DNA of 64,000 nucleotides, taken from the NCBI GenBank assembly GCA_964016885.1, contig OZ024740.1:224192001-224256000 (forward strand), written 5' to 3'. Each line of letters begins with the position of its first letter. Positions within the stretch are counted from its first letter, which is position 1. Of this stretch, positions 14,354 through 27,136 are shown in pieces. The translations under genes were made by a program, and so were the position numbers. This DNA comes from Eledone cirrhosa. Its lineage: Eukaryota. The notes beneath the pieces were generated by a model. It had not been told where the DNA came from, made no database searches, and saw nothing but the letters and a program-made list of their open reading frames with translations.

Positions 14354-14602
14354 ATATTATCATCATCATTTAACATATGTGTTAGATGGGTTTGTCCCAT
14401 TAGAGGCAAGTTGGATCAGGTGGCTGTGTCTTGCTCATATAGGACTGTTTCTGGCTAGATTTCTACAGCTGGATGACCTTCCAAATGCCAACAACATTTA
14501 CAGTGTGTGCCTGGTGCTTTGTGTCATGACACCTACACAACCCCTTTACAGTGTGGGCTGGGGGATTTTAGTCATAACACCTACACAAGCACTTTACAGC
14601 AG
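14322..14602 (-). mobile_element. RTE LINE 3'UTR fragment
   Basis: gaggcaag..tcttgctcatataggactg, ttctacagctggatg and tttacagtgtgggctgg match 31270-31450. Confidence 0.75.
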
Positions 14603-15270
14603 TGTTTATATATATATATACACACATATATATATATATATACACAAACACACACACATTTGAATTTGAACTTTAATGAATTTTGCTTTAGAAAGCAAAA
14701 CACCAAATGTAATGTTCAAACGAAAGGTTTTCATCACTGTTTGCTTTGATACAGAAAAAGAATATCTTTATTTGACAAGTAATATTTTTGTAAAATTATT
14801 TTCTTTTCCTTTGATATGAATCTATATATTGCCTGATAGAAAACTACTTCATGCCCTGAAGAATGCTTTTGCAATGGACCTGTCCTCTTTTCAGTAAAAT
14901 GAGGAATAAAAATATTCATACATATCTACGAATATAGTAATATTTTCAAAATGGTTAAATTGATTTGCCTTCCAATATTGTTACAAAAGCGTTTATAGTA
15001 GCCCATAGAGAGTTCATAATATGTAGCAAGGTTTTTCTCATGAAATGATTTCTATTCTCTTTTGATGCTAAAAATATAATCATGTCTATCTATGTATGTA
15101 CATACACATGTATGTATGCATGTATGTTTGTATGTGGTGTAAATATATATATATACACACATATGTTTGTGAGTGTGTGTATGTATATATTTATATATCA
15201 TGGGATTTACAAATATGCACATAGATACCTATATATAAATATACATACATAAATATATATAAACATACAT

Positions 15271-15339
<69 letters not shown>

Positions 15340-15429
15340 TATTTTCCGATAGCTGTTTTAGGTTATGTAACTGTTATAGAAACACGTGTCAATAAATTCC
15401 TTTCAACTAAACTGTATCCATTCAAATCT

Positions 15430-15483
<54 letters not shown>

Positions 15484-18075
15484 TGATAGTAGAAGCACTG
15501 TTCCCATGATTAAATGCACTCAGAACACTCTGTAAAGTGCCATGTGGTTACCAAGCTAATATACAGCCAGTACACTCTGTAAAGTTGTAATGCTGGTACC
15601 ATGATAAATAACATAGCCCCATTTGGTCCAGTATGGAAGCAGTGGATGTCAACTAGGGAAAGTTACCTTCAACAGGAGTGAGAAGGTCCTTGATTTTAAA
15701 TGATTTTGAACCATTATTGTCCTGTACAGGGATGGGGACATTTTGAAATAATTAAATATTTGAACTAATTAAATATTTGGACCCTGGGAGAGTTGAATGC
15801 AGTGTTCAACATAAGTAGTTCCAATGACAAAAGATGATACGTCAAAATAACTGCTTGTTGGTCTCTACATGGTATGTATTGTTTTTGAGAAAACAAAATG
15901 TTTAAAACAGATAAACTTATCCTGTCTGAAAAACTTAATGTAAAATGTAAAGGGTACAGTGATATGTTGTAACAATTAAAACACGAGTAAAATTTTACAG
16001 TGACCATAAGTAGAAGTGTATGGTGAATGCATGCATGCATCCATAAATCCTAAGGAAGTCATATTGACATATGATGTTTCTAAGGCATTTTGTAAAGCAG
16101 GTGAAGTTGATCCCTCTCCAGGGATTTCTTCCAGAGAGGGATAGAGAGATTGAGTGAATTGAAATGAGAAAGAGATATTGTGGAAGAATCAACCCCAGTT
16201 TCTGCTGATCTTTAATGTGTAGGTCCTTCTGTCAATTGTATAACTAATACAGCCATTATTGAAACCAATGGAGGCTTATTTAATTGAAAAAAAAAATTAG
16301 TTATAAATATCTAGATGTGAATATTAAGATGGGGTGAAGGCACATACCTTAGTGGTAGTGAATTGGATTTGCAGTCATGAGTTTGTGAGTTTGTTTCCTG
16401 GACCAGGCAATGCATTATATCCTTGAGAAAGACTCTTTATTTCAATGGGAATACCAATGGAAACATTGTTTCTGGGGTCTGATTTGAAGTGTTTCACCTC
16501 ACTTGGTAAGCAAAGGTCTGAGAACTTATTTATCATTTCTAAAAATGGTTTATAAACCAATGTAGGTTGATCAGATAATATTTGTTCAGGACTCTTAAAC
16601 ATACCCAGTAAAATCTGTAAAGTGGGTGGTGATTCGAAGGCTGTATAGCCATAGAGAATCTGCTGTGTTGAAGATATGACTACCACCCTAGTGCATATTC
16701 AAAATATCAGTAATTGTGCTTGAGTACTGACTTGGTCTTTAAACCCCTGTCCCATCATTGCTAGTAGGGAAGACAGGTATTAAATGATGATGATAATTTC
16801 ACCTGACCATATAGTTGATTTTTTTACCCCACTAATTATTTTAACATTGTAGTAATGAAGAACATGGTTGATTGAGGTACTACTTGTCCTTTTAGCATAA
16901 AGGTTTGTTTCATCTCTCTGGAAATTATCAAAGTGAAACAATAGAATCTGAAGAAATAGCACAGAAAGGCTCTACCTGTCCTTGTGTGACAGTTTGACAC
17001 AACCACAGAACATTTGAATATCTTTATCAGAATCCATTCTGCAGCAAGTATTTGGATTATTTACTCTCTATCTTGATACACTGTGTTATACTGCTAGGGC
17101 CTTTAAGAGTGATGTTAACCTACTATATCAGTCCAGGTTCTTAAGAGGTAAGAGGGAGAAAGAGAGAACCATGAATATGGGATCTCTCACTTGAAAAAGA
17201 AATGCCACAGCCCACTCAAATGTTGAGAGAATACCATCCCCTTCGAATCTGAAAGCAGTCTTGTTCTGACATGCAAAATTCCTCTTGCTGGGTGGACTCT
17301 TTGCCCCTGTAGCAAACTATAAGCCTTAAAGTTATTCACCAGTTACAGCGACACTGCAGAAGTTTAGCAAACTGCCCTGCTAACTCCTAGATCAAAAGAA
17401 GAAAATGTAAGAAAGAAAACCAAAGGAAAATATTTGGTCTATATGAAAATCAAAAAGTTATATAGTTACTTTCTATATCATTTTTTCTACTAAGGAAACA
17501 ATCAATTTAAAGAAAGCCTCACATCAAGTAGATGTGTTGTCAGACATAGGTTACTAAAGATTTATCTGGAAGGTTAAACAAACAAGTTTGCAATCTCCTA
17601 AGGGAATTTCTTGTGTCAGAATTTGAAGCATCTATGAATGAATGACTAAAGGCTACTATTAATGTGTGAATTAGTAAGGTACATATGTATGTATACATAC
17701 CTATATGTATGTGCATATGTATATACATGTGTGTGCATATATATATATAGAGAGAGTATATGTGTGTGTATATATATACATATATGTACACACACATATA
17801 CTCTATATATATATGCACAGACACACACATATATAAATATATATATATATACACACACACACAAAGGGAATAGTGAAAGGAAGAATGACCACAACATAGA
17901 GAGAACTCCAAGATGAGATAGTAGTATATGTGCATACAAATGTGTGTGTATAGAGAGAGGGCTGGAGAACAAGAGAATTACAGTGTACAATAGGAAAATA
18001 CTAGGTGAATTAAAAATTGGATAACTAACACATAAATAAATAACACAATGGAATGAAAGAGTAGAATGTAACATG

Positions 18076-18116
<41 letters not shown>

Positions 18117-18236
18117 GAAAATATAGAAACTATTGTGAGCAAGAGGCCAACAGTATTTCATAATATATAAGTGACTATAACGTCAAAATGGAAAATAATT
18201 AACATAAGATATGGGAAAATAATTCAAACTCAATTA

Positions 18237-18304
<68 letters not shown>

Positions 18305-18449
18305 AGGGTTGACGGACCCAGCATATTTATTAAAGCCAGTACCGGTTGTATCTCAGCGCACTCAATGGGCAATGTAAGATACATTACCAGAGTATACACA
18401 TAATTATTTGCCTCAACACAACACACGTAAAACGGGTGCCTATAAGGTT

Positions 18450-18517
18450 CGCGGACTCGAGTTTCTGCAGCACTAATGCAACAATGCACAATCAGCCTAT
18501 GCAGCTTCATCAGCGGG
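18450..18517 (-). ncRNA. Type I hammerhead ribozyme motif in a (TA)n-flanked ~700 bp insert (18301-19015)
   Basis: Minus strand: cccg-CTGATGA-(agctgca..hairpin..tgca)-GAAA-ctcgag-TC-cgcg. Core intact, palindromic stem III actcgagt, GUC cleavage triplet; stem I has one mismatch. Confidence 0.7.
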
Positions 18518-19012
18518 TATCGACATAATCCAAACACCGGCCCGTGCCGGTCATGACTGTTTGTGACAACCGACACGGTAAAGCGATTAACTGGCAACCG
18601 ATAGGACTCTATCTCTCAACTAGCCACTGATTTACAAATTTTACGTGGGGACGGGAAGCTAAAAAGAATCAATCTATTAGTTCCTGTCAGAAGCCCTCAG
18701 CCAACGTGTCTCACACATAAATTATCAGGGGTGAAAAGATGGCTATTAGAAATAGCAGTTCACATTGATATAAAATAGAATGGTAACATTCGGTTCATGT
18801 CTCCAAGCCCCATGGCTAGAGGAAAGTGATGGTAACAATGGTAATGCCAAGAACCTTTAACGGACATTAAATGTGATCATCCATTATATACCAATATAGT
18901 AGCGAGCTGAAATGCGTCAGCCACGTGCGTAGATAACCAGTCTTATTCACAACTTAAAAGAGTGAGAGACAAAATTAGTAGCAGGAAAAAGAGTACATAT
19001 CAAAACAAAAAC

Positions 19013-19093
<81 letters not shown>

Positions 19094-19139
19094 AAATAAA
19101 ATAAATAAGTCAAATGTTTAAAATCTAGCTTCGTTTATT

Positions 19140-19194
19140 ACTGCTATATATATCTCGGTGACAGCCATCTTTGGCTGTGACCTCTTCAGGCAGT
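19140..19194 (-). ncRNA. Type I hammerhead in PLE pLTR (GAAA changed to GAGA)
   Basis: actgc-CTGAAGA-ggtcacagccaaagatggctgtcacc-GAGA-tatata-TA-gcagt. Confidence 0.7.
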
Positions 19195-21755
19195 CTGAAT
19201 TAGTGTGGTATAGACAAGTACATATGTTGTTGCGGTGTATAACTTTGTCAATACTCTGATATGCCCAGTTCCTGGTTGGGTTGTTATTTCACTGAGGAAC
19301 TGGAATCATATGAATTCAAACAAACGAATTTCAGTGTGAAAGGGCCTCTTCTCTCATTGGTCAGTTGTTAGAACATTCCTCATTCAAAAGTCTATAGAAA
19401 TTCGTTCTGAAGCAAGCCAATCTGTAGTTGTTCTTGTTATTGTTAGGTACATCTGATCTCTATTCTTGTGTTGGTAGTGTTGTTATTGTTGGAGTTAGCT
19501 AAAAAAAAATTGATAAAGTGGTAGAAGGAATAAGATGGTAAAGGAACAAAATAAAAGAATGTCAAACCTCACATTGGTCAGTCCAAAGTCTATAGAAATT
19601 CTTTCTGGGATGAGGCTCCCTCTAGTGTTTGTGTTTGCTATTGTTAAGTACATCTGACCTCTACCCTTATTTTGGTAGTGTTGTAGGTGTTGTGGTCAGC
19701 TTATGTCTTGCTGCTGCTGACAATTTAGAAATATCTGTGTGTGTGTTTCTTCATCCCTCCTGCCACCATCTCCTGTGCTGCTGGTGGTAGGGGGGGGGGG
19801 TTCTTCCATGTATATGAAGAAATATGAGGCAATAAAATGAAGAAAACAGAAAATAAATAATAAATAGACAATAAAGAATAAATGAAAAATTAATGAAAAA
19901 TTAATGAAAAAGTAATGAAAATGAATATGGAGAAGTGAAAAATAAAATGATGATTCAAATAAAGTAAGATAAAGTGTGTGCGTGCTATAACCAATCTCAA
20001 GGTCAGAAATATGTTGGATAGATTGGTATAAGGAACAAGATGGTAAAAGAATAGAAGAATAAGATAATCAAATAAAATGTGTTTGTGTTATAATCAATCT
20101 CAACTTAAAAGTAAATATAAGGTGATAAAGTGGAGAGAACAGAAAACAAATAACAAATTAATAATGAGAAATCAAAATTGAAAAATTGAAAAATTGAAAA
20201 ATCAAAAATCAAGTAAATTAAAATGTGTGTGTGTTATAAAGATGTTGGCCAAATTATAATGGCTGTGTCAGAATCAATCTTTAGGCTATCATGGTGTCTG
20301 CTCAGCCTGGGTGTCTGCTCAGGATGGCTTGAGGGGAGTCCTCAACCTATGGTGTTGTTATTGCCCATATAGCTTGAGGGAGGTCTGGCCGAAAGGTGTC
20401 TACATGTTGTGGAGAAGGCCCTATAGCTTGAGGGGAGTTCACATTTTCTTGTGTTGCTACTGTCCATATATCTGGAAGAAGGTCCCGGCCCTGAGGTGTC
20501 TGCATGTCCCCAAGAAGTCGGTTCTGAGGTTTATCAGGCCGCTTCCACCTCTTAGTATCTCGAGGGTCTCGTTCAGGCATAGTTTGCATATGCAAGATTC
20601 CCCTTTATCGGGTGGTACTTTCCTGATTATGTACCAGACCAGAGAGTACGGGGTCTTGTCCAGCTTAAGCTTCCAGATCAGGTCGGAGAGAGCAGTGCTT
20701 TTCCTTTTGGCCTCCTTATTGAAGGAATGGTGATGGTTTTACCAGCAGTCTTTAAAGCTCGTTGATGTGGCTCCTATGTAGAGGTGTTCGGAGTTGGGGG
20801 TTTTAACCCTACAACCGTATAATAGGTTTTTCTTAAGGCATTCATTACCAAGGGGGCATGAGTCGGGGTTTCTGCAGTTGCAGAGGGTGGTCAACCTCTG
20901 CGTGCCTAGATTGGGGTTCCGGTTAGGTGTTACATGGTGGTCTACCCCCAGGCACGGTGGGAGTCCCCGGGTCTGTTAGGGTTTCTTGGGTGGGCGCTGG
21001 CTCGCCCTTCCCTCCTTTCACATGGTTCTGCTGAGTGCTTGTATTGCCATCTTCTGGTTGTGTGTGGTTTTTAAGCCTACTCCTGTTGATGCTAGCTATG
21101 TGTTGGGCCATATTTCTCGTGGTTGAATACGAGTACTTCACAGTGCGTCTGTTGAAGATCCTGTGGTATCTATGGTCTCTCGGGAAGCATTTATCAAGTG
21201 CCCCATAGAATGATCGGGCCAAGCTGTTCTTTAAAGCTGTAGGGTGGGTTGTACCACGTGATTTTTCTGTGTCCCCTCCTATATGTGTGGGTCGGGGGCG
21301 TCTTGATTTGTTGGGTTGCTGGTGGTTCGCGCACTATTGCTTCCTCTTTGGGCGCTATGCGTTTTGCTATCTTCACGGCCCGAATCTGTGGGGTAGTCGT
21401 TGCCCGCGCTGGGAGATCTATCGTGGTGTGGACCCCCGTTCCCCCCACCACCACCACCACATGTCCTGCGGTTGGGGTCGTCGGTCCTGGGGTGGTTAGC
21501 GTCACCCCTGAGACTGCTACTCATATTGGGTTTCATCTCATGGTTAAGCGTACTAGTCACCAATGAATGAGGCGTGTTCTAACAACTGACCAATGATAGA
21601 AGAGGCCCTTTGACACTGAAATTCGTTTGTTTGAATTCATATGATTCCAATTCCTCAGTGAAATGACAACACAACCAGGAACTGGGAATATCAGAGTATT
21701 GACAAAGTTATACACCTCAACAACATATGTACTTGTCTATACCACACTAATTCGG

Positions 21756-21810
21756 ACTGCCTGAAGAGATCACAGCCAAAGATGGCTGTCACTGAAATAT
21801 ATATAGCAGT
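21756..21810 (+). ncRNA. Type I hammerhead in the inverted PLE pLTR
   Basis: actgc-CTGAAGA-gatcacagccaaagatggctgtcact-GAAA-tatata-TA-gcagt; stem I actgc/gcagt, stem II acagcc/ggctgt, palindromic stem III. Confidence 0.8.
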
Positions 21811-21986
21811 AATAAACGAAGCTAAATTTTAATCATTTGACTTTTTATTTAACTTTATTTTACATTACTCCGGAGTAACCAAACCAACCTGCGCACTTCG
21901 TCGAGTGCTCCAATGTGCATACTGAGGTGTTGGTATACAACCAACATATACTCAAAATGTACATATATATATATATATATATATAT

Positions 21987-22433
21987 ACAATATATAGAGA
22001 AACACAGATACATGCGGACACATACATATACATGAATATATCCACATATATCCTCAACCGATGTTGCTCTATGAATAACTGGGACAAACCAATCCGAATG
22101 GATTAGATTCATTCAGTATCATTAAGGGTTTCAAAACACGTCCGTAAGATGCGAGATAGAATCCCGAAAGGCGGAGGGGGAGTCAATCACGTGATACAGC
22201 AGTCAAGAAACAGAGCTAAGCCTCTTATAGCCCTGAAAAAAATACCACGGATGCGGAGGGGTTATTATATGAAAGCCGTAGAAGAGGTGGTTAAGGAGGC
22301 AAGAAGTATGAGTAATGGTAGCTTTCTAGCAGTCACTACACTTCAAAGGTTACTCGACCAAAGGGAGTTATAAACAATATATAGAGAAACACACAGATAC
22401 ATGCGGCCACATACATGTACATGAAGGTATCCT
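21987..22433. repeat. ~55 bp direct repeats about 388 bp apart (partial tandem unit)
   Basis: acaatatatagagaaacacagatacatgcggacacatacatatacatgaa at 21987 recurs at 22373 with a few changes. Confidence 0.7.
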
Positions 22434-22796
22434 CTTGATAAGTCGGCAGACCTCACAAAAATTCTATATCTCTGTGATGTAGTGTTTTTGAATAATATGC
22501 CACGATACTACGTAGTCGGGGACTAAAGAAGCAGTTGGGTATGATATATCATATTACTAATTATATCTAATGTTTCTTCTCTCTTCATAATGTATTATAT
22601 ATATATATATATATCTTTATATATATATATATAAATATAAATTAGCGAGAATCGTATTTCGGCTTAGGAATTAACGAAAAACAACTTCCGACATGTGTGG
22701 CAAGCGCTCAATGATTCAGATGAACCAGAGCTACAACATACGTTAAAGGCCAAACACACCGAGACGATGGTTAAACAATCATCCGCACAGATGATA

Positions 22797-22849
22797 TATA
22801 TTTTTATTTGTTTGACCAAGTAATTCAGGTCAAACAAATAAAAATATAT
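22797..22849. repeat. Perfect ~21 bp hairpin
   Basis: tatatttttatttgtttgacc-aagtaattca-ggtcaaacaaataaaaatata. Confidence 0.85.
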
Positions 22850-22995
22850 GTGATTGAAAATTTACCCGGACCCCTGGATGGTTGGTAAAATCCAGCATTT
22901 GGGTTTCTGCGACTCTTAAATCAAGTACTGTCCACTTACATAAATAATGTTAGGCTTGAACAAGGAAGCCACTTTTTCAACAGGTTTTAGTTCGA

Positions 22996-23212
<217 letters not shown>

Positions 23213-23269
23213 TATATATATATATACACATACATATATATATATACACATACATATATATATATATAC

Positions 23270-23400
<131 letters not shown>

Positions 23401-23421
23401 CATATATATGTATACATACAT

Positions 23422-23478
<57 letters not shown>

Positions 23479-23789
23479 TACTTATATATATATAATACAT
23501 ATATATATAGTTTTCGTTCTTTGTTTTGTTAAAATAATCATTGTACTGTATCATTCTCCCATAGTGTTTTACTTGTTGACTTTCCACAAATGTGCACATA
23601 CACACATGTATATATGTATGTATACAAGCATGCACACATATCACTTGCATCATGATTTAACCACCCCTTTCCCTGATATATATATATTTGCTGGTTTTGA
23701 TGTTGGTATTTTCATGGTGTGTGTATTTGTTCGAAGGTAAGCATTATCTGAATTACCCATACACCTGAGCTATATTGAACTAATTATTC

Positions 23790-24560
23790 TTTGTGTGATG
23801 TCCAGGGCTTGTGGTTTGAATTTGGCTAAAAACATGCTTCTCTGGTAGCAGCAAAGCATTCAGTTTTATTTCCTGTATATAGATTTTGCAGGTTTTTTTC
23901 CTGTAGATAGATTATGCAGATTTTTGTGAAGCAGAGATAGCAGTTGTTTCCCTCAGGGAGGTATGGTCATGATTTGTCTAGAATTTTCCACGAAATAATG
24001 GAGATGTTGTGCCTTTTGTTATAGAGACTATATATGATATGGAACAGGTCAGCAGAGTTTTTCCCTGTTCTTTCACCTAAAGGAGTGCACATGCTGAGTA
24101 AATCACCTCGGTCCAAAGCATGCTAGCATGGAAAGTCAGTTACTCCCCACAGTATATTGTCAAACATCATGCATTCTGTTGAAGACCACTTCTACAATCC
24201 AGTGTTTGCTCACCCAATGTGGTGTGACCCACTCTATCATCATCGTTTACCCTTGGACTTTTAAGTGTGTATATTTCCTTTGGGGATCATCCGGTGTCAG
24301 GGAGGTGGTTCTGTAGATCATAGTGTATGAGAGGTAGGATTCATCTAATTGGCAAGGTTTCAGTAATTGTAGCTTTTATGTTTTGAGGCTTGTGGGCACA
24401 TCATTTTTCATGTTACAATGTGCAATGTTCTGAGTGATGCTATCAAATATTAATTTGTTATTGTTAACACTGGTAATTTGAAGATCTTGTATTTTTTATA
24501 GCTGAATGGGAAATGTTTCCTGATTAGGTACAAGAAATTGTATCCATGATTGTGATACAT
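23790..24560 (-). mobile_element. Highly decayed Naiad-like PLE thumb and GIY-YIG region
   Basis: Minus strand gives FLYLIRKHFPFSYKKYKIF and SFR*KNRENSADLFHIIYSLYNK..ISWKILDKS*PYLPEGNNCYLCFTK, collinear with the 1.1-1.7 kb and 20.5-21.2 kb copies. Confidence 0.7.
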
Positions 24561-24672
24561 CTACATTAAAAGTCTAGGTCAACAGGTTAAAATTAACTTC
24601 ATATTTCAGTGATAACCATTATTCTACAGTTATGACTTCATCAAGCAGCTAGAAGTTGCATATATATATATG

Positions 24673-24717
<45 letters not shown>

Positions 24718-25140
24718 CATATATATACACACACGCACATATATATCTATATATATAATCATATATACAGGTAGGAACCTTAAAAAATACCACAAGGCAT
24801 CTCATCTCATGTGCTAACACTTTCCCAAACTCACAGCAATGAATTACTCCTTTATTTTATCAATCTCGAAAAGATAAAATGCATAGTTTACCTCAGCAGA
24901 ATTTTAGCTCAGTTGAAAATATAACTGCCTATATTTAACTAAAATCCAAAACATTTAATTGGGATATACAGAATGAAATCTGTAGCCACTAATAATCTAT
25001 TATTGTGTAGACAAGTATATTTTGAAATGTTTCTTTTTTGTCCAGGCAACAATAGTAGCACAAATCAACTGGAACATTCATGCACAAAAGCAACAGAAGT
25101 CCATTTACTTCATTTAAATTATGTGTATTGATCCTTAAAT

Positions 25141-25308
25141 AATTGTTTCTACTTGTGGCACAAGGCCAGCAATTATCCCAGTGTATTATTGGTACTTTAT
25201 TTTAGCAAAGTTAACCTCGGCAGGATTTGAACTCAGACCATAAAGGGCTGTAACTCTTTGTTGCAAATCATGGCGTCTAACCCTCTACCGATACTGCCAA
25301 TCCACCGT
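25141..25308 (-). mobile_element. tRNA-derived SINE (~185 bp family), internally deleted
   Basis: Reverse complement of the 11619 element, lacking part of the central domain. Confidence 0.85.
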
Positions 25309-25757
25309 CTACTTGTTTAACATTCACTGTTATACCATATGCAAGATTAGTGAAATAGTAGAATCATTAGAACATTTGACAACATACTTTGCAGTATATG
25401 TTCTATCATTACATTTCAAATTTAAATCCCATTTAGGTCACCTTTTTTACTTTCACTGCTGATATAATAAAGTAGCAGTTAACCACTGAGATCGATCTAA
25501 TTCTTCCTTATCTTCTACATTACATTATTAGGATTGTGCCTATGTTATACGACATGCAGATGTATGTCGCTATCAAGTAAATCCATATATAGATGTAATG
25601 AAATGTAACAACATATTGAAATTTATATTTGGCGTAACTAAAACCTAATACACATATAGGAGGATTGGAAAGATTATATTTAACATGTGCACACATGTAT
25701 TTTTCAGTTGTTTTCAAAGTTACATTTGGTTAATATATATGTATGCTATATTTGTAA

Positions 25758-25827
<70 letters not shown>

Positions 25828-25863
25828 CTCTCTCTCTCTATATATATATATGTATAAACATAC

Positions 25864-25951
<88 letters not shown>

Positions 25952-26631
25952 CATGCATACACTTACATATACATATGTCTGTGTAGTCTGTGTATACATA
26001 TAAATCCACACACACACATATATACATACATATATACATACATATATACATACAGTTGGTGTGTTTGGAGAGATAAGAAAATTACCTCAAATTCAATGTG
26101 GTGGAAGTTGATATATTTCTTCAATTTACAGTTGAAGAGCTCTTGATGGAAATGTTCCTTTTAAACTGATAAGCTTAAGGAAGCAATTGATGAAAGGAGA
26201 TAGTAAGTGATGAGTTGAACATGTATCTTGACAGAATTGGTGATAGACTATTCAGAAAAGATAGGAGGATGATTGGAAAATGTACAGATTCTTTGTTAAT
26301 CATGCAATAATACAGTAGATTAGTTTTTGAGGTAATGACAAATAAAGTTGATAGGCATCTGTCTGTGAACAAAGAATGCATGGATGGTGACTTAGACACA
26401 TTTAAGTCCACAAGAAAGGATGTAGTGTTTGGTATATATAACGTCAATAGGTATTAGCTTTTTATCAAACATAGAAAGTTATTGATCATTATATTTCGTA
26501 TTAGTGCTGTGTAATGTTAATTATGTCTAGCAAATGAAGGGGAAAATGAAAATGAGTCATTAAAAGTTTTGACTTCTGGAAGAACACATCGTTCTGATTT
26601 TAACTTCTAAAACTTGGCTTGACAATTTAAC

Positions 26632-27136
26632 CCATTCCATACCAATTCTCCAAAAGCTACCTCAAGTTTTATAAAACAAAACCATCCTTTTTTACCTTTT
26701 TGATACAAACCTATCTGAATCTGCCCCTTTGTGATACAGAACAATTTGATTTAAAGTTTTTATATTCATCTAAAAGCCTTCCATCATAATTCTATGTGAG
26801 AACCTTTATTACATTATATTTCAGACATCAGCATAGTAATGAGAGAGTTATATTACAAGTCATTTTGAATTCTTAATTGTCTTGAAAAGAATTTGAAAAC
26901 CAGAGGCACTGTTGAACCTTTCATGAGTAATGACAGGGTCAACAGTTTTGATACTAGCCCATTTTAAAGTGTTCTTATTTAAGTTTAAATTATTCGACAT
27001 TATTTCATATGAGAATATTTTATGAGAATATTTAAGTGCCATCGTAATAATGAAATAATCATTTCAGTAAATCTTAAAGTCTTCAAAAATTAATTAAAAT
27101 AGAGTAAATTTCTTAAGAAATCTGGTTATGAAAGTG
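26632..27136. mobile_element. Possible decayed TTAA (piggyBac-type) MITE
   Basis: ttaa-cccattccataccaattct at the left end and agaaatctggttatgaaagtg-ttaa at the right form imperfect terminal inverted repeats. Confidence 0.4.

Larger units (their letters stand above)
19100..21852 (-). mobile_element. 5'-truncated Naiad-like PLE bounded by ~290 bp inverted pseudo-LTRs
   Basis: 19100-19386 is the reverse complement of 21565-21852. The internal minus frames give RKITWYNPPYS, ALDKCFPRDHRYHRIFNRRTVKYSYST, CNCRNPDSCPL.NECL, LYIGATSTSFKD..NH and CKLCLNE..CRH (~20468-21290). Confidence 0.92.

Noticed and set aside
15340-15395. GAAAcacgtgTC hammerhead 3' half with upstream CCGATAG (similar partial motif at 53055-53078, minus strand)
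   Set aside because: The 5' core and stem II are too degenerate or missing to call a ribozyme; possibly old remnants.
20311-21566. Plus-strand ORFs over the GC-rich region
   Set aside because: They are antisense shadows of the PLE coding sequence.
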